NCBI GenBank assembly: GCA_030619905.1
Contig: JAUXAO010000001.1
Location: 1-46,347 of the forward strand
Origin: a bacterium
Lineage (GTDB): Bacteria; Patescibacteriota; Minisyncoccia; Minisyncoccales; CG1-02-41-26
Direction of reading: 5' to 3'
Length of the DNA: 46,347 bases
Below the pieces are notes generated by a model. It was not told the origin of the DNA. It did not search any database and saw nothing but the letters and a program-made list of their open reading frames with translations. Positions 1-10,461 of this stretch are shown piece after piece (position 1 is the first letter of the stretch; each line of letters opens with the position of its first letter). Position numbers and translations under genes: made by a program.

Positions 1-77
1 AAAGTTGGTTGATAAATCCAATAACCCAATCCTGCAACAACGATTATAATAATGATTACAATTATTGTTTTTGACAT
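1..77 (-). CDS. 5' end of a membrane-anchored/secreted protein (partial, runs off the window)
   Basis: ATG at 77; translates MSKTIIVIIIIIVVAGLGYWIYQPT..., a basic residue followed by a hydrophobic helix; promoter-like TGGTAGAAT at 130-122. Confidence 0.65.
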   Translation of the reverse strand, partial: MSKTIIVIIIIIVVAGLGYWIYQPT

Positions 78-120
78 ATTGTTTTTTTATTAAAGTTATT
101 TTATTTTGACCTTTCGTTTT

Positions 121-168
121 CATTCTACCAAAAAACCGCCTTCACTAAAAGACGGCTTCACTACTCTG
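121..168. repeat. Copy 1 of a hairpin + extended -10 direct repeat
   Basis: First 21 nt (cattctaccaaaaaaccgcct) are identical to 589-609; 37/48 ungapped identity to copy 2. Confidence 0.85.
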
Positions 169-321
169 CTCCCCAGTTCAAAGCTTATTATAACTCTGGA
201 AAATAGGGATTATATGGCAATAATGAAGAAAAAATTGTTAGAAATTAAGAGATTTTATAGAAATTTGAAGTTAAATACACTGACTGGACGATGTTTGATG
301 AAAGGTTAGAAAGAAAAAACT

Positions 322-546
322 CTAAAAGAAAGCATACAATACAGCCATTGCCAACGTGATAAATAGAGTCATACCAATCCAAAGTTTAGCACCAACTCTC
401 CTTGTTATGTATCCAGTATAAAGAAACACTGGAATTAAATACAAGGGCACCACATTCAGCGGTCTGTATATTACATTCTTAAAAATTATTATCAATCCTA
501 TCATGAGAACAGCTGTAACTATTGCTGTTTTTGTTTCATCTTTCAT
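322..546 (-). CDS. Small hypothetical membrane protein (about 3 TM helices)
   Basis: 74-aa ATG ORF with three hydrophobic segments; has its own promoter module upstream. Confidence 0.7.
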   Translation of the reverse strand: MKDETKTAIVTAVLMIGLIIIFKNVIYRPLNVVPLYLIPVFLYTGYITRRVGAKLWIGMTLFITLAMAVLYAFF

Positions 547-588
547 ATTTTTTGGTTGTTTATAAATTACTTTATATGACCTTTAAAA

Positions 589-636
589 CATTCTACCAAA
601 AAACCGCCTCCTTGACGAGGCGGTTTCGCTATCCTG
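589..636. repeat. Copy 2 of the hairpin + extended -10 direct repeat; likely terminator for the methyltransferase and promoter for the 74-aa gene
   Basis: aaaccgcctc/gaggcggttt 10-bp stem; on the minus strand it is followed by T6 and then (T)GGTAGAAT. Confidence 0.85.
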
Positions 637-637
637 T

Positions 638-1525
638 TTAGGCTAGAGAATTAATATTTAGTTTAGAATCGTTTTTTACAACCTTAGCAAGAGCAATCCT
701 TTCAATTTCAAATACTTTTAAATCAAGGTCTACTAATTTCATATAACGTTCCTGAACCTCCTTTCTTCCGATGTCTTCAATAAGAGAAATGGAATATTTT
801 GAAAGATAATCATTTATATCTTCCGGGTCCAAGCCATAAATAAACATCTTAAATCCTTTAACCAGCCATTTATAAAGGCTCTTTTTTGTAGAATTATTGA
901 GGTCTTTACCCTCAATAAAACTTTTTAGAACATAGGTAAAGACAATTTTGCTACCAGGAGCAGCCTGTGCTACATATTTTAATATACTATCATTGGCTTC
1001 TTTTGAAATATATTGCGTAACTCCTTCTAAAATAAAAAGAGTCTTAGAGGTTAAATCGTATCCTGCTTTTTTTAATTCAGCATCAAGACTTTGCTTCTCA
1101 AAATCAATAGAAACATAAACCACATGGTCTGGAAGCTTTCCTAGTATTTTTTTTATTTTTGTTCTTTTCTCTTTCATTACTGATGGATAATCCACTTCAA
1201 AGTAATGTATATTTTCTATACCAGGAATATAATAAGCACGGCAGTCCATTCCAGCACCAAGATTGACTACTGCTTCAATTTCCTTAATATTATTTTTTAA
1301 TACATCATCTATATAACGAAAGCGGCAAAAAAACCAACCCATTTCTTTCAATTTTACAATGGCATTATTTATTTTAGGTGAATGCTGGAGAAATATAAAA
1401 AATTTGTAAAAAGGCGACAATAATTTTTCAGAATATGGATCTTCAAAAAGTCGTTTTTCTTTCGGATATAACATTCCTGTAGCTCTTACATAAGCAACAC
1501 CCATACCTGTATTGATTGCTTTCAT
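638..1525 (-). CDS. Class I SAM-dependent methyltransferase (LCM/leucine-carboxyl methyltransferase-like family)
   Basis: N-terminal VAYVRA...LFEDPYS, motif I VVNLGAGMDCRAY, FEVDYP, TLFILEGVTQYI. Confidence 0.88.
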   Translation of the reverse strand: MKAINTGMGVAYVRATGMLYPKEKRLFEDPYSEKLLSPFYKFFIFLQHSPKINNAIVKLKEMGWFFCRFRYIDDVLKNNIKEIEAVVNLGAGMDCRAYYIPGIENIHYFEVDYPSVMKEKRTKIKKILGKLPDHVVYVSIDFEKQSLDAELKKAGYDLTSKTLFILEGVTQYISKEANDSILKYVAQAAPGSKIVFTYVLKSFIEGKDLNNSTKKSLYKWLVKGFKMFIYGLDPEDINDYLSKYSISLIEDIGRKEVQERYMKLVDLDLKVFEIERIALAKVVKNDSKLNINSLA

Positions 1526-1554
1526 AATATTAATAATAATTAATAATCTTCTTT

Positions 1555-1589
1555 TATTCTACTAAAAAACTGCCTAAACGACAAGGCGG
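1555..1589. repeat. Copy 3 of the repeat; terminator of tRNA-Asn plus -10 box for the methyltransferase
   Basis: tattctactaaaaaactgcct...aggcgg, 27/35 identical to copy 2; lies 7 nt beyond the tRNA 3' end. Confidence 0.75.
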
Positions 1590-1596
1590 AAATTTG

Positions 1597-1910
1597 CTCC
1601 GCGGGTAGGATTCGAACCTACAACCTAGTGCTTACATCTTGTCCTAATGTTTCCAATAGGCATGGACTATATCATCACCCTTCTTGTATAAAGACTAGGG
1701 TGCGAGGCGCTTCCCCCGGCATAAATCCGGGGTACTCCATTATAGGATAGTCTCTGAACCTTCCCTAAAAATCAATTAGGACTTGGCTGCGGATTACCAT
1801 TTCCTTTTAGGAATTAGGCTTCCCGCAATTCACCTCGTTTTTCAATCCCGATTTCTCGAGAAAGCTGCAAATTTTCACAGGCACCCGCGCTACCATTGCG
1901 CCACCGCGGA
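1597..1910 (-). tRNA. tRNA-Asn(GUU), split by a group I intron (exons 1910-1877 and 1634-1597)
   Basis: Joined exons fold as a tRNA: acceptor TCCGCGG/CCGCGGA, D-arm GCGC/GCGC, anticodon stem GGTGC/GCACT with loop CTGT^TAA, T-arm GTAGG-TTCGAAT-CCTAC, discriminator G; CCA not encoded. Confidence 0.93.
1635..1876 (-). ncRNA. Group I self-splicing intron (242 nt, no ORF) in the tRNA-Asn anticodon
   Basis: Core elements on the minus strand: P AATTGCGGGAA (1830-1820), Q AATCCGCAGC (1795-1786), R GTTCAGAGACTA (1759-1748), S ATGATATAGTCC (1675-1664). 5' exon ends in U, paired U.G in P1 (CUGU/GCAG); terminal omega-G at 1635. Confidence 0.93.
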
Positions 1911-1951
1911 ATATAATTATATTACTCTATTTTTAATATATTTTCAACTAA

Positions 1952-3190
1952 TTAGTAATCTTTTAATTTTTTCAGACCTTCCAGCTTGCGGATTCTCTCC
2001 AAAGCTTTGGCTTGAATCTGACGAATTCTTTCTCTGGTCACTCCAAACACCTTTCCTACTTCTTCTAAAGTATGAGTAACTCCATCTTCTAAGCCAAATC
2101 TCATTGCTAAAATCTTTTTCTCGCGTGGAGTCAATTCGGCTGAGATTTCCTCTAATCTTTCTTTTAAAAGATTGCGGGCCGCCATTGTCAATGGAGAAGG
2201 AGTTTTCAAATCTTCAATAAATTCGGCTAAAACGCTATCTTTATTATCTTCCCCAACCGGTGTTTCCAGAGAAACCGCTTTTTGTTTAATCTGCATTATA
2301 TGATGGACTTTTTCCACTTCAATCCCCATTTCAGCAGCAATTTCTTCTGGAAGAGGGTCGCGGCCTAAACTTTGTAAAAGCTTTCTTTTTGCTTTCTCAT
2401 ATTTAGAAATTGTTTCTATCATATGAACCGGAATTCGAATAGTTCTGGCCTGGTCAGCAATAGCTCTTGTAACTGCCTGTCTTATCCACCAAGTAGCGTA
2501 AGTGGAAAACTTGTATCCCTTCCGCCAGTCAAATTTCTCTACAGCTCGGAAAAGTCCTAAGTTTCCTTCTTGAATCAAGTCTAATAAAGTTAAATTCCGT
2601 GAACGACCAACATATCTTTTAGCTATAGAAACTACTAATCGTAAATTGGCTTTAGTCAAAATCTTCTTAGCCTCCTCGTCCCCTTTCTCAATTCTTTTAG
2701 CTAATTCTTTCTCTTCACGAGCCGATATCATTGAAGTTCTCCCAATTTCTTTTAAATACATTCGAATTGAATCAATTCTTGGACCAACTAAGGCTTTTTT
2801 AGTTTTTTCGTTTTTATCTTTTATCTCTAAAAATCCTTTTTTCTCTTTTATTTCAATACCTTTGTTTTCCAAATCTTGATAAAGTTTTTCCAAACCTTTA
2901 ATGTCTTTTTCTAAATTAGGAAAAAAACTCAAAACCTCATTCAAGGTAATGAAACCACGGTTCTTTCCTTTTCTAAAAAGCTCTTTAATTTTTTCCGGTT
3001 GGAAAACAGGAGAACGCCGTTTAGAAAAAGGTTTCAAAATAGCGACTTTTCTCCTTTTCTTTATCATTCTTTTTTTCGCTTTAATCTTTCTTGGCCGACT
3101 CTTTCTTGTTTTAGTTTTTTTAGGCCGATTCTTTCTTTTCTTTATTATCTTCTTTATTTTCTTTGGTTTTGACTGTTTTTTTCTTGGCAT
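1952..3190 (-). CDS. rpoD: RNA polymerase primary sigma factor (sigma70/SigA)
   Basis: [53 protein letters not shown]; downstream of dnaG. Confidence 0.97.
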   Translation of the reverse strand: MPRKKQSKPKKIKKIIKKRKNRPKKTKTRKSRPRKIKAKKRMIKKRRKVAILKPFSKRRSPVFQPEKIKELFRKGKNRGFITLNEVLSFFPNLEKDIKGLEKLYQDLENKGIEIKEKKGFLEIKDKNEKTKKALVGPRIDSIRMYLKEIGRTSMISAREEKELAKRIEKGDEEAKKILTKANLRLVVSIAKRYVGRSRNLTLLDLIQEGNLGLFRAVEKFDWRKGYKFSTYATWWIRQAVTRAIADQARTIRIPVHMIETISKYEKAKRKLLQSLGRDPLPEEIAAEMGIEVEKVHHIMQIKQKAVSLETPVGEDNKDSVLAEFIEDLKTPSPLTMAARNLLKERLEEISAELTPREKKILAMRFGLEDGVTHTLEEVGKVFGVTRERIRQIQAKALERIRKLEGLKKLKDY

Positions 3191-3191
3191 G

Positions 3192-4967
3192 TTATTGCAA
3201 ATTATTTTTATTTAATTTTTTCGCTGATTCATTAAATTCCTCTATCAGTTTTTTCATTCTTTTTTCATCTTTATTTCCTTCTGCTTCCCGAATATCCTTT
3301 GATATTTCCTGAAGTTTATCCTTTATAACCAATGTATTCAATTCTTTTAAACAAATATGAAGCTCCTGTTTAGGATCTAATTCCTCTTCAATTTCAGATC
3401 TTAAAGCAAGAACATCCAAAAATTCTTTCATCTCAGGTGGTACTTTTGATTTCTTTTTTTTCAAAAAAGTTAAGACTTCTTTTGTTTTAGGAGAGAGTAA
3501 GAAAAGATAGTTTTTATCAAATGATTCCAGTTCATCCGGCAATTTTAAAAGCAAAGAAAGGATTTTCTCTTCCAATATTTCTTTCCTTGTTTTTTCTTTC
3601 TCCAGAGTCTTATCTTCTTCTGTAATTGGTGATTCTTCATACTTTTCCCCGCCTTTTCTTAAAACTTTTCTAAGTTCTTCTAAAACTGACTCTTCTGAAA
3701 CTTTTAACTTTCTAGATAATTCCTGAAGCCAGTGAGATTGTAAAATTTTGTTTGGAATCTTAGCTATAACAGTTAAAAGAGTTTTTGAAATTCCTTTTTT
3801 CCCTTCAGCTGAATTTTCATCAAATTTTGAAAATGCGCTTTCAAAGTAAAAATCAAGGATTGATTTAGAAGAGTTAATTAATTTCTCCCATTTCTTCGGA
3901 TCCTTGGAAATAATGTCAGCTGGGTCACTTCCCGAAGGCATAGTAATAACTTTTATCTGAAAATCCTCTTTTTGAGACAAGTCAATTCCTCTTCGAGTAG
4001 CAGAATCACCAGCAATATCCATATCAAAAGCAGTAATTAGATTTTGAGAATAACGCTTTAGAATTTTTAATTGAAAAGGAGTTAAGGCTGTGCCGCTTGT
4101 GCTTACTGTATTCTGAAAACCAGTCTGATGGGACAAAATTACATCTGTGTACCCTTCAACCAAAATACAAGCATCATTTCTTCTTACTTCTATCCTGGCA
4201 GAATTTAGTCCATATAGAACCCGGCTTTTGTCATACAATAAAGTATTTGGAGTATTAATATATTTGGCAACCTCCTCGTCTTTAGTTTTCAGCTTTGGGT
4301 CTTGAGCTTTTTCAAATACCCTTCCTCCGAATCCAATAACCTGAGAATTCAAATCAAAAACAGGAAAAATGATTCTCCCTCGAAATCTATCATAAGCTGA
4401 ATGAACTTCCTCAGATTCTTTTTTTATAGCCAAACCAGCTTTTACTATTTCTTCTCTTTCATATCCCTTGGAGACCAGAAAATCAGATAAACCTCGCCAG
4501 GTATTCGGAGCATAACCCAATCGCCATTTTTTAATTGATTTTTCATTTATTTCCCTTTTTAAAAGATATTCTTTAACTTCCAATCCGATTTTACTTTCTT
4601 TTAACTGTCTTTCAAAAAATCGACAGGCCAACTCTGTAATTTCATATAATCTTTTTCTCTCAGTTTCTAATTTAGGATCTTGTCTCCTGAGTTCAATTCC
4701 CGCTCTTTTAGCTAAAATCCTTAAGGCATCACCGAATTCCAGTCCTTCAATTTCCATTACAAATTTAAAGACATCCCCAAATTTTCCACATCCGAAACAC
4801 TTAAAAATCTGCTTGGAAGGCGAAACAAAAAATGAGGGCTTCTTTTCTGAGTGAAAAGGACAAAGGGCCCGGTAATTAATTCCTGTTTTTTGAAGTTTGA
4901 TATAAGAACCAATTACTTCAACAATATCCAATCTTGATTTTATTTCTTCAATTGGATTTTGATCCAT
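3192..4967 (-). CDS. dnaG: DNA primase
   Basis: Zn finger CPFH...[33 protein letters not shown] and FDMDIAG. Confidence 0.97.
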   Translation of the reverse strand: MDQNPIEEIKSRLDIVEVIGSYIKLQKTGINYRALCPFHSEKKPSFFVSPSKQIFKCFGCGKFGDVFKFVMEIEGLEFGDALRILAKRAGIELRRQDPKLETERKRLYEITELACRFFERQLKESKIGLEVKEYLLKREINEKSIKKWRLGYAPNTWRGLSDFLVSKGYEREEIVKAGLAIKKESEEVHSAYDRFRGRIIFPVFDLNSQVIGFGGRVFEKAQDPKLKTKDEEVAKYINTPNTLLYDKSRVLYGLNSARIEVRRNDACILVEGYTDVILSHQTGFQNTVSTSGTALTPFQLKILKRYSQNLITAFDMDIAGDSATRRGIDLSQKEDFQIKVITMPSGSDPADIISKDPKKWEKLINSSKSILDFYFESAFSKFDENSAEGKKGISKTLLTVIAKIPNKILQSHWLQELSRKLKVSEESVLEELRKVLRKGGEKYEESPITEEDKTLEKEKTRKEILEEKILSLLLKLPDELESFDKNYLFLLSPKTKEVLTFLKKKKSKVPPEMKEFLDVLALRSEIEEELDPKQELHICLKELNTLVIKDKLQEISKDIREAEGNKDEKRMKKLIEEFNESAKKLNKNNLQ

Positions 4968-4971
4968 AATA

Positions 4972-5520
4972 TTATTTACGGGAGAAATTAGAAGCCTTTT
5001 TTACCTGGCTATTTGGAATATAGTGTAAAGTATTTTCTGTATCTATTATAGTAGTTATTCTCAGATTAAAATCTTTAACTTTTCCTTTAGTTCCAGAAAT
5101 TTCAATTTCTTCTCCCACTCGGTACTGATCTTCTAAAAGAATAAAAAGTCCAGATAAATAATCCTGAATCAAGCTCTTAGCTCCGAAACCTAAAGCCAAA
5201 CCACCAACACCAATACCAGCTAAAAGAGGAGCAATTTCCACTCCAAACTCAGGAAGAATCGTTATAAGAGCAAGCATCCAAATTACTACTTTAAGAAGAG
5301 TAAAGCAAACTTTTTCCAGAGTTTCTAATCTTTTTTCTTCAAACTTTGACTCTACTTTTCCGAGTTTAATGCCGTTTTTGGCAAGATTCTTAAGAAGTCT
5401 CAGAATGAAAGTCTTAACAAAACGGATGGCTATTGAAGCTCCAATTAAAATGGCTAATACTTTAATTCCATGAGAAATCATCCAGGATATTAAATTTTCT
5501 AAAATGTTTTCTAAAACCAT
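4972..5520 (-). CDS. Small-conductance mechanosensitive channel family protein (short MscS/YkuT-like)
   Basis: AGIGVGGLALGFGAKSLIQDYLSG, EDQYRVGE, HYIPNS. Confidence 0.88.
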   Translation of the reverse strand: MVLENILENLISWMISHGIKVLAILIGASIAIRFVKTFILRLLKNLAKNGIKLGKVESKFEEKRLETLEKVCFTLLKVVIWMLALITILPEFGVEIAPLLAGIGVGGLALGFGAKSLIQDYLSGLFILLEDQYRVGEEIEISGTKGKVKDFNLRITTIIDTENTLHYIPNSQVKKASNFSRK

Positions 5521-5559
5521 ATATTTATTATTTATTATTTTACTTCGATAAAGTAAAGG

Positions 5560-5645
5560 CGGTAGGGGTGGGATTCGAACCCACGAGGCGCCAAAGACGC
5601 CACGGCTTTCCGGGCCGTTCCTTTAAACCACTCAGGAACCCTACC
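5560..5645 (-). tRNA. tRNA-Ser(GGA)
   Basis: Acceptor GGTAGGG/CCCTACC, anticodon stem ACGGC/GCCGT with loop CCGGAAA, long variable arm, GTGGG-TTCGAAT-CCCAC, G73. Confidence 0.92.
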
Positions 5646-5651
5646 AATAAT

Positions 5652-6554
5652 TTATACTTTCATTCCCCTTAATGCTTTTGTCCTTTCCTCAACTGATGGA
5701 TGAGTCATAAAAATCTTTGTAAACCAGCTTTTTTTCTGCTTTCCTCTAAATGGCGAGGCAATGAATAAATGAGCAGTGGAATTATTAGCTACTTTCATCT
5801 GAGTTTGGTCAGAAGAGATTTTCTCCAAAGCACGAGCTAATCCCTCAGGATACCTAGTTAAAAGAGCGCCGGAAGCATCGGCTAAAAATTCTCTTTTTCT
5901 GGATATAGCCAAACGAATCAAACTGGCTGCCAAGGGAGCTAAAATAGCTGCTACTAATCCTAGAACTAAGATTAAAAGACCTAAATATCCTTGTTTTGAA
6001 TCTCTTCTATTTAATCCACCATAAAAAGTTATTCTCAAAAAGAAATTAGAAAGCAAAGCTACAATCCCTACTAAAATAACAATGACTGTTCCTAAAAGAA
6101 TATCTCTGTTTTTAATATGGCTGAGCTCATGCGCTATAACCCCTTCCAGTTCCACCCTGTCTAATTTTTCCAAGAGCCCTTTAGTAACAGCAATAACAGC
6201 ATGTTTTTCATCTCTTCCGGTAGCAAAAGCATTGGGTTGTGATTCAGGAAGAATACAAATTTTTGGCAAAGGCAATCCAGCAGTAATGCAAAGGTTTTCA
6301 ACCAGCCGATAAAGTTCTGGATTATCTTGCTTTTTTATTGGCTTGGCCCGGGTAATTCGAAGAACAATTTTATCTGAGTGCCAGTAACTTAAAAAACTGC
6401 TAACAATGCTGAAAATTACTGCTACTATCAGAATAAGGGAATTTTCAAGCAAATAGCTAAAAAGCCAGCCCAAAGCAATGATAAAAACCAAAAAGAAAAT
6501 AATAAACAGCCAGGTCTTGCGAATATTTGATTCAGCCTGAGAATATAATGTCAT
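5652..6554 (-). CDS. htpX: Zinc metalloprotease HtpX (M48)
   Basis: QPNAFATG, HELSH (HExxH), SRKREFLAD, THP; adjacent to lemA. Confidence 0.93.
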   Translation of the reverse strand: MTLYSQAESNIRKTWLFIIFFLVFIIALGWLFSYLLENSLILIVAVIFSIVSSFLSYWHSDKIVLRITRAKPIKKQDNPELYRLVENLCITAGLPLPKICILPESQPNAFATGRDEKHAVIAVTKGLLEKLDRVELEGVIAHELSHIKNRDILLGTVIVILVGIVALLSNFFLRITFYGGLNRRDSKQGYLGLLILVLGLVAAILAPLAASLIRLAISRKREFLADASGALLTRYPEGLARALEKISSDQTQMKVANNSTAHLFIASPFRGKQKKSWFTKIFMTHPSVEERTKALRGMKV

Positions 6555-6561
6555 TAGAAAA

Positions 6562-7116
6562 TTAGAAACTTACTTTTGGTGTTTCTTTGGCTTCAGCCTC
6601 TTCTAATTCAAACAAATCCATTTTCTTGAAATTAAAGGTTCTGGCAACAATATTTGATGGAAAAGCTTCTCTTTTGATATTCAAATCTCTGACATTTCCA
6701 TTATAGAAACGTCTGGCTGCCTGAATCTTGTCCTCAGTATCACGAAGCTCTCTTTGTAATTCTAAAAAATTCGCTGAGGCCTTAAGGTCTGGATAATTTT
6801 CTGAAACAGCAAAAAGGGATTTTAACGTGTTAGTCAACATATTCTCGGCTTTGGCTTTTTCTTCAACACTTTGAGCTCCCATTGCCCGAGATCTTGCTTC
6901 AGTAACTTTTTCAAAAACTCCTTTTTCATGAGCAGCATATCCTTTAACTGTTTGCACTAAGTTGGGAATTAAGTTGTACCTTCTTTTCAACTGGACATCA
7001 ATGTCAGACCAGGCTTCTTTTGCTCTGTTTTTTATTTTAACCAAGCTGTTATAAATTCCAATAGTCCAAAGAGCAAGAATAAAAACTACAATTAAAACTA
7101 TATTAAGAGTTGTCAT
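6562..7116 (-). CDS. lemA: LemA family protein (ATG start at 7116 preferred)
   Basis: AWSDIDVQLKRRYNLIPNLV, ENYPDLKASANF, ARRFYN. Confidence 0.95.
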   Translation of the reverse strand: MTTLNIVLIVVFILALWTIGIYNSLVKIKNRAKEAWSDIDVQLKRRYNLIPNLVQTVKGYAAHEKGVFEKVTEARSRAMGAQSVEEKAKAENMLTNTLKSLFAVSENYPDLKASANFLELQRELRDTEDKIQAARRFYNGNVRDLNIKREAFPSNIVARTFNFKKMDLFELEEAEAKETPKVSF

Positions 7117-7153
7117 ATTATTTTTAATTATCAATTATCTCCGACCTTTGAAA

Positions 7154-7684
7154 TTATTTTGGTAATTCTAAAATTATTTTACTGATTGTCAGATGCTGAG
7201 CAATAAATTTATAATTAAGAAGTTTTAAAACCATTAAGAAATCGGAAAGTTCAGAGCGGAAAGTTTCCGGACCAGTAAATACTTCCATACCCTGTTTTAC
7301 TAAATTTTTAAAATAATTTTTCAATATCTCTTCCTTTCCTTTTTCCTTCAAATAATCAACAATTTTTTTAAACTCTCCCCTATCAAGCCAAATTCCCTGA
7401 CATAGATTGCAAACATCAACTTTAATTTTGGAATCATTATACTTGACTGAATAGAGGGGAGTTGAACAAACAGGACAATACTTTTGAATCTGGCTGATTT
7501 TAAACTTTGTTTTATCCTGCCAAAGATCTATATCTAACCAGCTTAAATCCTTGTCTTTTTCATCTTTAGCCTGGCTCAATTCATCCTTTTCAAACCAAAG
7601 TCCAAGACATTGGGAACAATAATCAATTTCCACTCCATAGAAAACAACTTTTTTCATTTCTATTTTACAAAGAGGACATTTCAT
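7154..7684 (-). CDS. Tandem zf-TFIIB-like zinc-ribbon domain protein (ATG start at 7684)
   Basis: Two repeats of CPxC...(I/V)DxCxxCxG(L/I)W(F/L)x(K/R)xE. Confidence 0.82.
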   Translation of the reverse strand: MKCPLCKIEMKKVVFYGVEIDYCSQCLGLWFEKDELSQAKDEKDKDLSWLDIDLWQDKTKFKISQIQKYCPVCSTPLYSVKYNDSKIKVDVCNLCQGIWLDRGEFKKIVDYLKEKGKEEILKNYFKNLVKQGMEVFTGPETFRSELSDFLMVLKLLNYKFIAQHLTISKIILELPK

Positions 7685-7754
7685 GTTTTTTATTATAACC
7701 AAAAACTCCCTCAAAATCAATTAAGAGAGCTTCTGATAGATTTTTATACAATGT

Positions 7755-9395
<1,641 letters not shown>

Positions 9396-9686
9396 CTAAT
9401 CAAGAATCGCTAAAATATCTTCTTCTTTGGCAATTAAATATTCTTTATCGCCGACCTTTATTTCGCTTGGGCCATACTTTGTAAAAAGAACCTTGTCTCC
9501 CTTTTTTACTTCTATGGCAACCCTTTTGCCTGAAGACAATCTTTTGCCAGGACCAACAGCAATTACCTTGCCTTGTTCTGGCCTATCTTTTTCTACTGTC
9601 TCTGGAAGCAAAATTCCTGATTTTGTTTTTTCTTCTTGAGAAATTGGTTCAACAAGAATATGATCTGATAATGGTTTAATGTTCAT
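9396..9686 (-). CDS. groES: Co-chaperonin GroES
   Basis: IKPLSD, KTKSGILLP, VIAVGPG, EEDILAI. Confidence 0.98.
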   Translation of the reverse strand: MNIKPLSDHILVEPISQEEKTKSGILLPETVEKDRPEQGKVIAVGPGKRLSSGKRVAIEVKKGDKVLFTKYGPSEIKVGDKEYLIAKEEDILAILD

Positions 9687-9741
9687 GTTAATTATTAATT
9701 AAAAAAAGTTTTTGGTTGTGACCTTTATTGTTAATATCTCT

Positions 9742-9769
9742 ATTCTAATTACAAAATAAATTTTGTCAA
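9742..9769 (-). promoter_or_regulatory. Sigma70-type promoter of groES-groEL
   Basis: TTGACA (9769-9764), 16-nt spacer, TAGAAT (9747-9742). Confidence 0.65.
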
Positions 9770-9797
9770 ACTCCAATTGGGTTCTCTTCATAATTTG

Positions 9798-9839
9798 AAA
9801 AAAGTAAGAGGGTGTCAATTCTATTTTGACACCCTTCTT
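9798..9839 (-). terminator. Intrinsic terminator after the 161-aa ORF
   Basis: GGGTGTCAA/TTGACACCC 9-bp stem, 7-nt loop, followed on the minus strand by a T-rich tract. Confidence 0.75.
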
Positions 9840-9842
9840 AAG

Positions 9843-10328
9843 TCAACAAATCTCATAAAAGTAAAATATAGCAGAAAGACTTCTTTCTCTTGCTTCTTTC
9901 TTTATCTGGTCTGCAGTTTTCTTTTCTTTTCTATTAAATAATTTTCTATTAAATAATGAAATCCTTATTAAGCAAATGCCCCTTCTCTTGAATTTTCTTT
10001 CTGCCCCTTTTTCCCACCAATCTCGAATCTGAACTGATAAGATCTCGATATCTGATTGAGGCCCTGTTTGAAATTTTATAAAAGCATCTATTCCACTTTG
10101 ATCAGCAGCACTGTAATGAGCAGTAGGAATAACTTCTATTATTCTCCTTCCACCCGGAAATTCCGTCTTCTTTTTCTGATAATACTCTAAGGCTTGAATG
10201 ACATATTGTTCTGTTTCTAAGCCCCGCCGAGTTTCAGGTGAATAGGGAATTTTTAATATACATAAAACTCTTTTTATCTCGTTTTCTGTTTTTCTATCGA
10301 CTCTTTTTTCTTTTACTCTTCTCACCAT
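9843..10328 (-). CDS. Hypothetical protein, possible degenerate PD-(D/E)XK nuclease fold
   Basis: ATG with a strong SD (AAGGAGGT) and TGcTAAGAT promoter; pattern G..TE ... D..GID ... VQIR. Confidence 0.6.
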   Translation of the reverse strand: MVRRVKEKRVDRKTENEIKRVLCILKIPYSPETRRGLETEQYVIQALEYYQKKKTEFPGGRRIIEVIPTAHYSAADQSGIDAFIKFQTGPQSDIEILSVQIRDWWEKGAERKFKRRGICLIRISLFNRKLFNRKEKKTADQIKKEARERSLSAIFYFYEIC

Positions 10329-10426
10329 TTTCTTTACCTCCTTTTAAGAAATATTTTATTATTCACGTGCTAATTTCATCTTAGCATAAATTTTGAATAT
10401 TACCAGAGTAGTTCTTTGTTTTTAAA

Positions 10427-10455
10427 TTGACTTTGAAATAAAATCTTGATAGAAT
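10427..10455 (+). promoter_or_regulatory. Sigma70 promoter, probably giving a leaderless mRNA
   Basis: TTGACT, 17-nt spacer, TGa-TAGAAT; ATG lies 6 nt after the -10 box. Confidence 0.7.
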
Positions 10456-10461
10456 GAGTTA

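Noticed and set aside
121-1589. The three repeats as a CRISPR array or attC sites
   Set aside because: Spacing is hundreds of nt and contains whole genes; no cas genes or integron integrase; no clear RYYYAAC/GTTRRRY ends.
1783-2079. 98-aa + strand ORF overlapping the intron, as a possible intron-encoded protein
   Set aside because: Antisense to the intron, tRNA and rpoD end; no endonuclease motifs.
2646-3215. Antisense ORFs over rpoD, and similar shadow ORFs over groEL, recA, rpoBC, ligA, pil genes and recG
   Set aside because: They are reverse-complement shadows of well-supported genes, with Phe/Ser/Leu-rich composition mirroring Lys/Glu codons.
10367-10387. TGCTAA-N7-TTAGCA near groESL as a CIRCE element
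   Set aside because: Half-sites are in the wrong order and spacing for TTAGCACTC-N9-GAGTGCTAA, and it lies upstream of a different gene; part of it is better explained as an extended -10.
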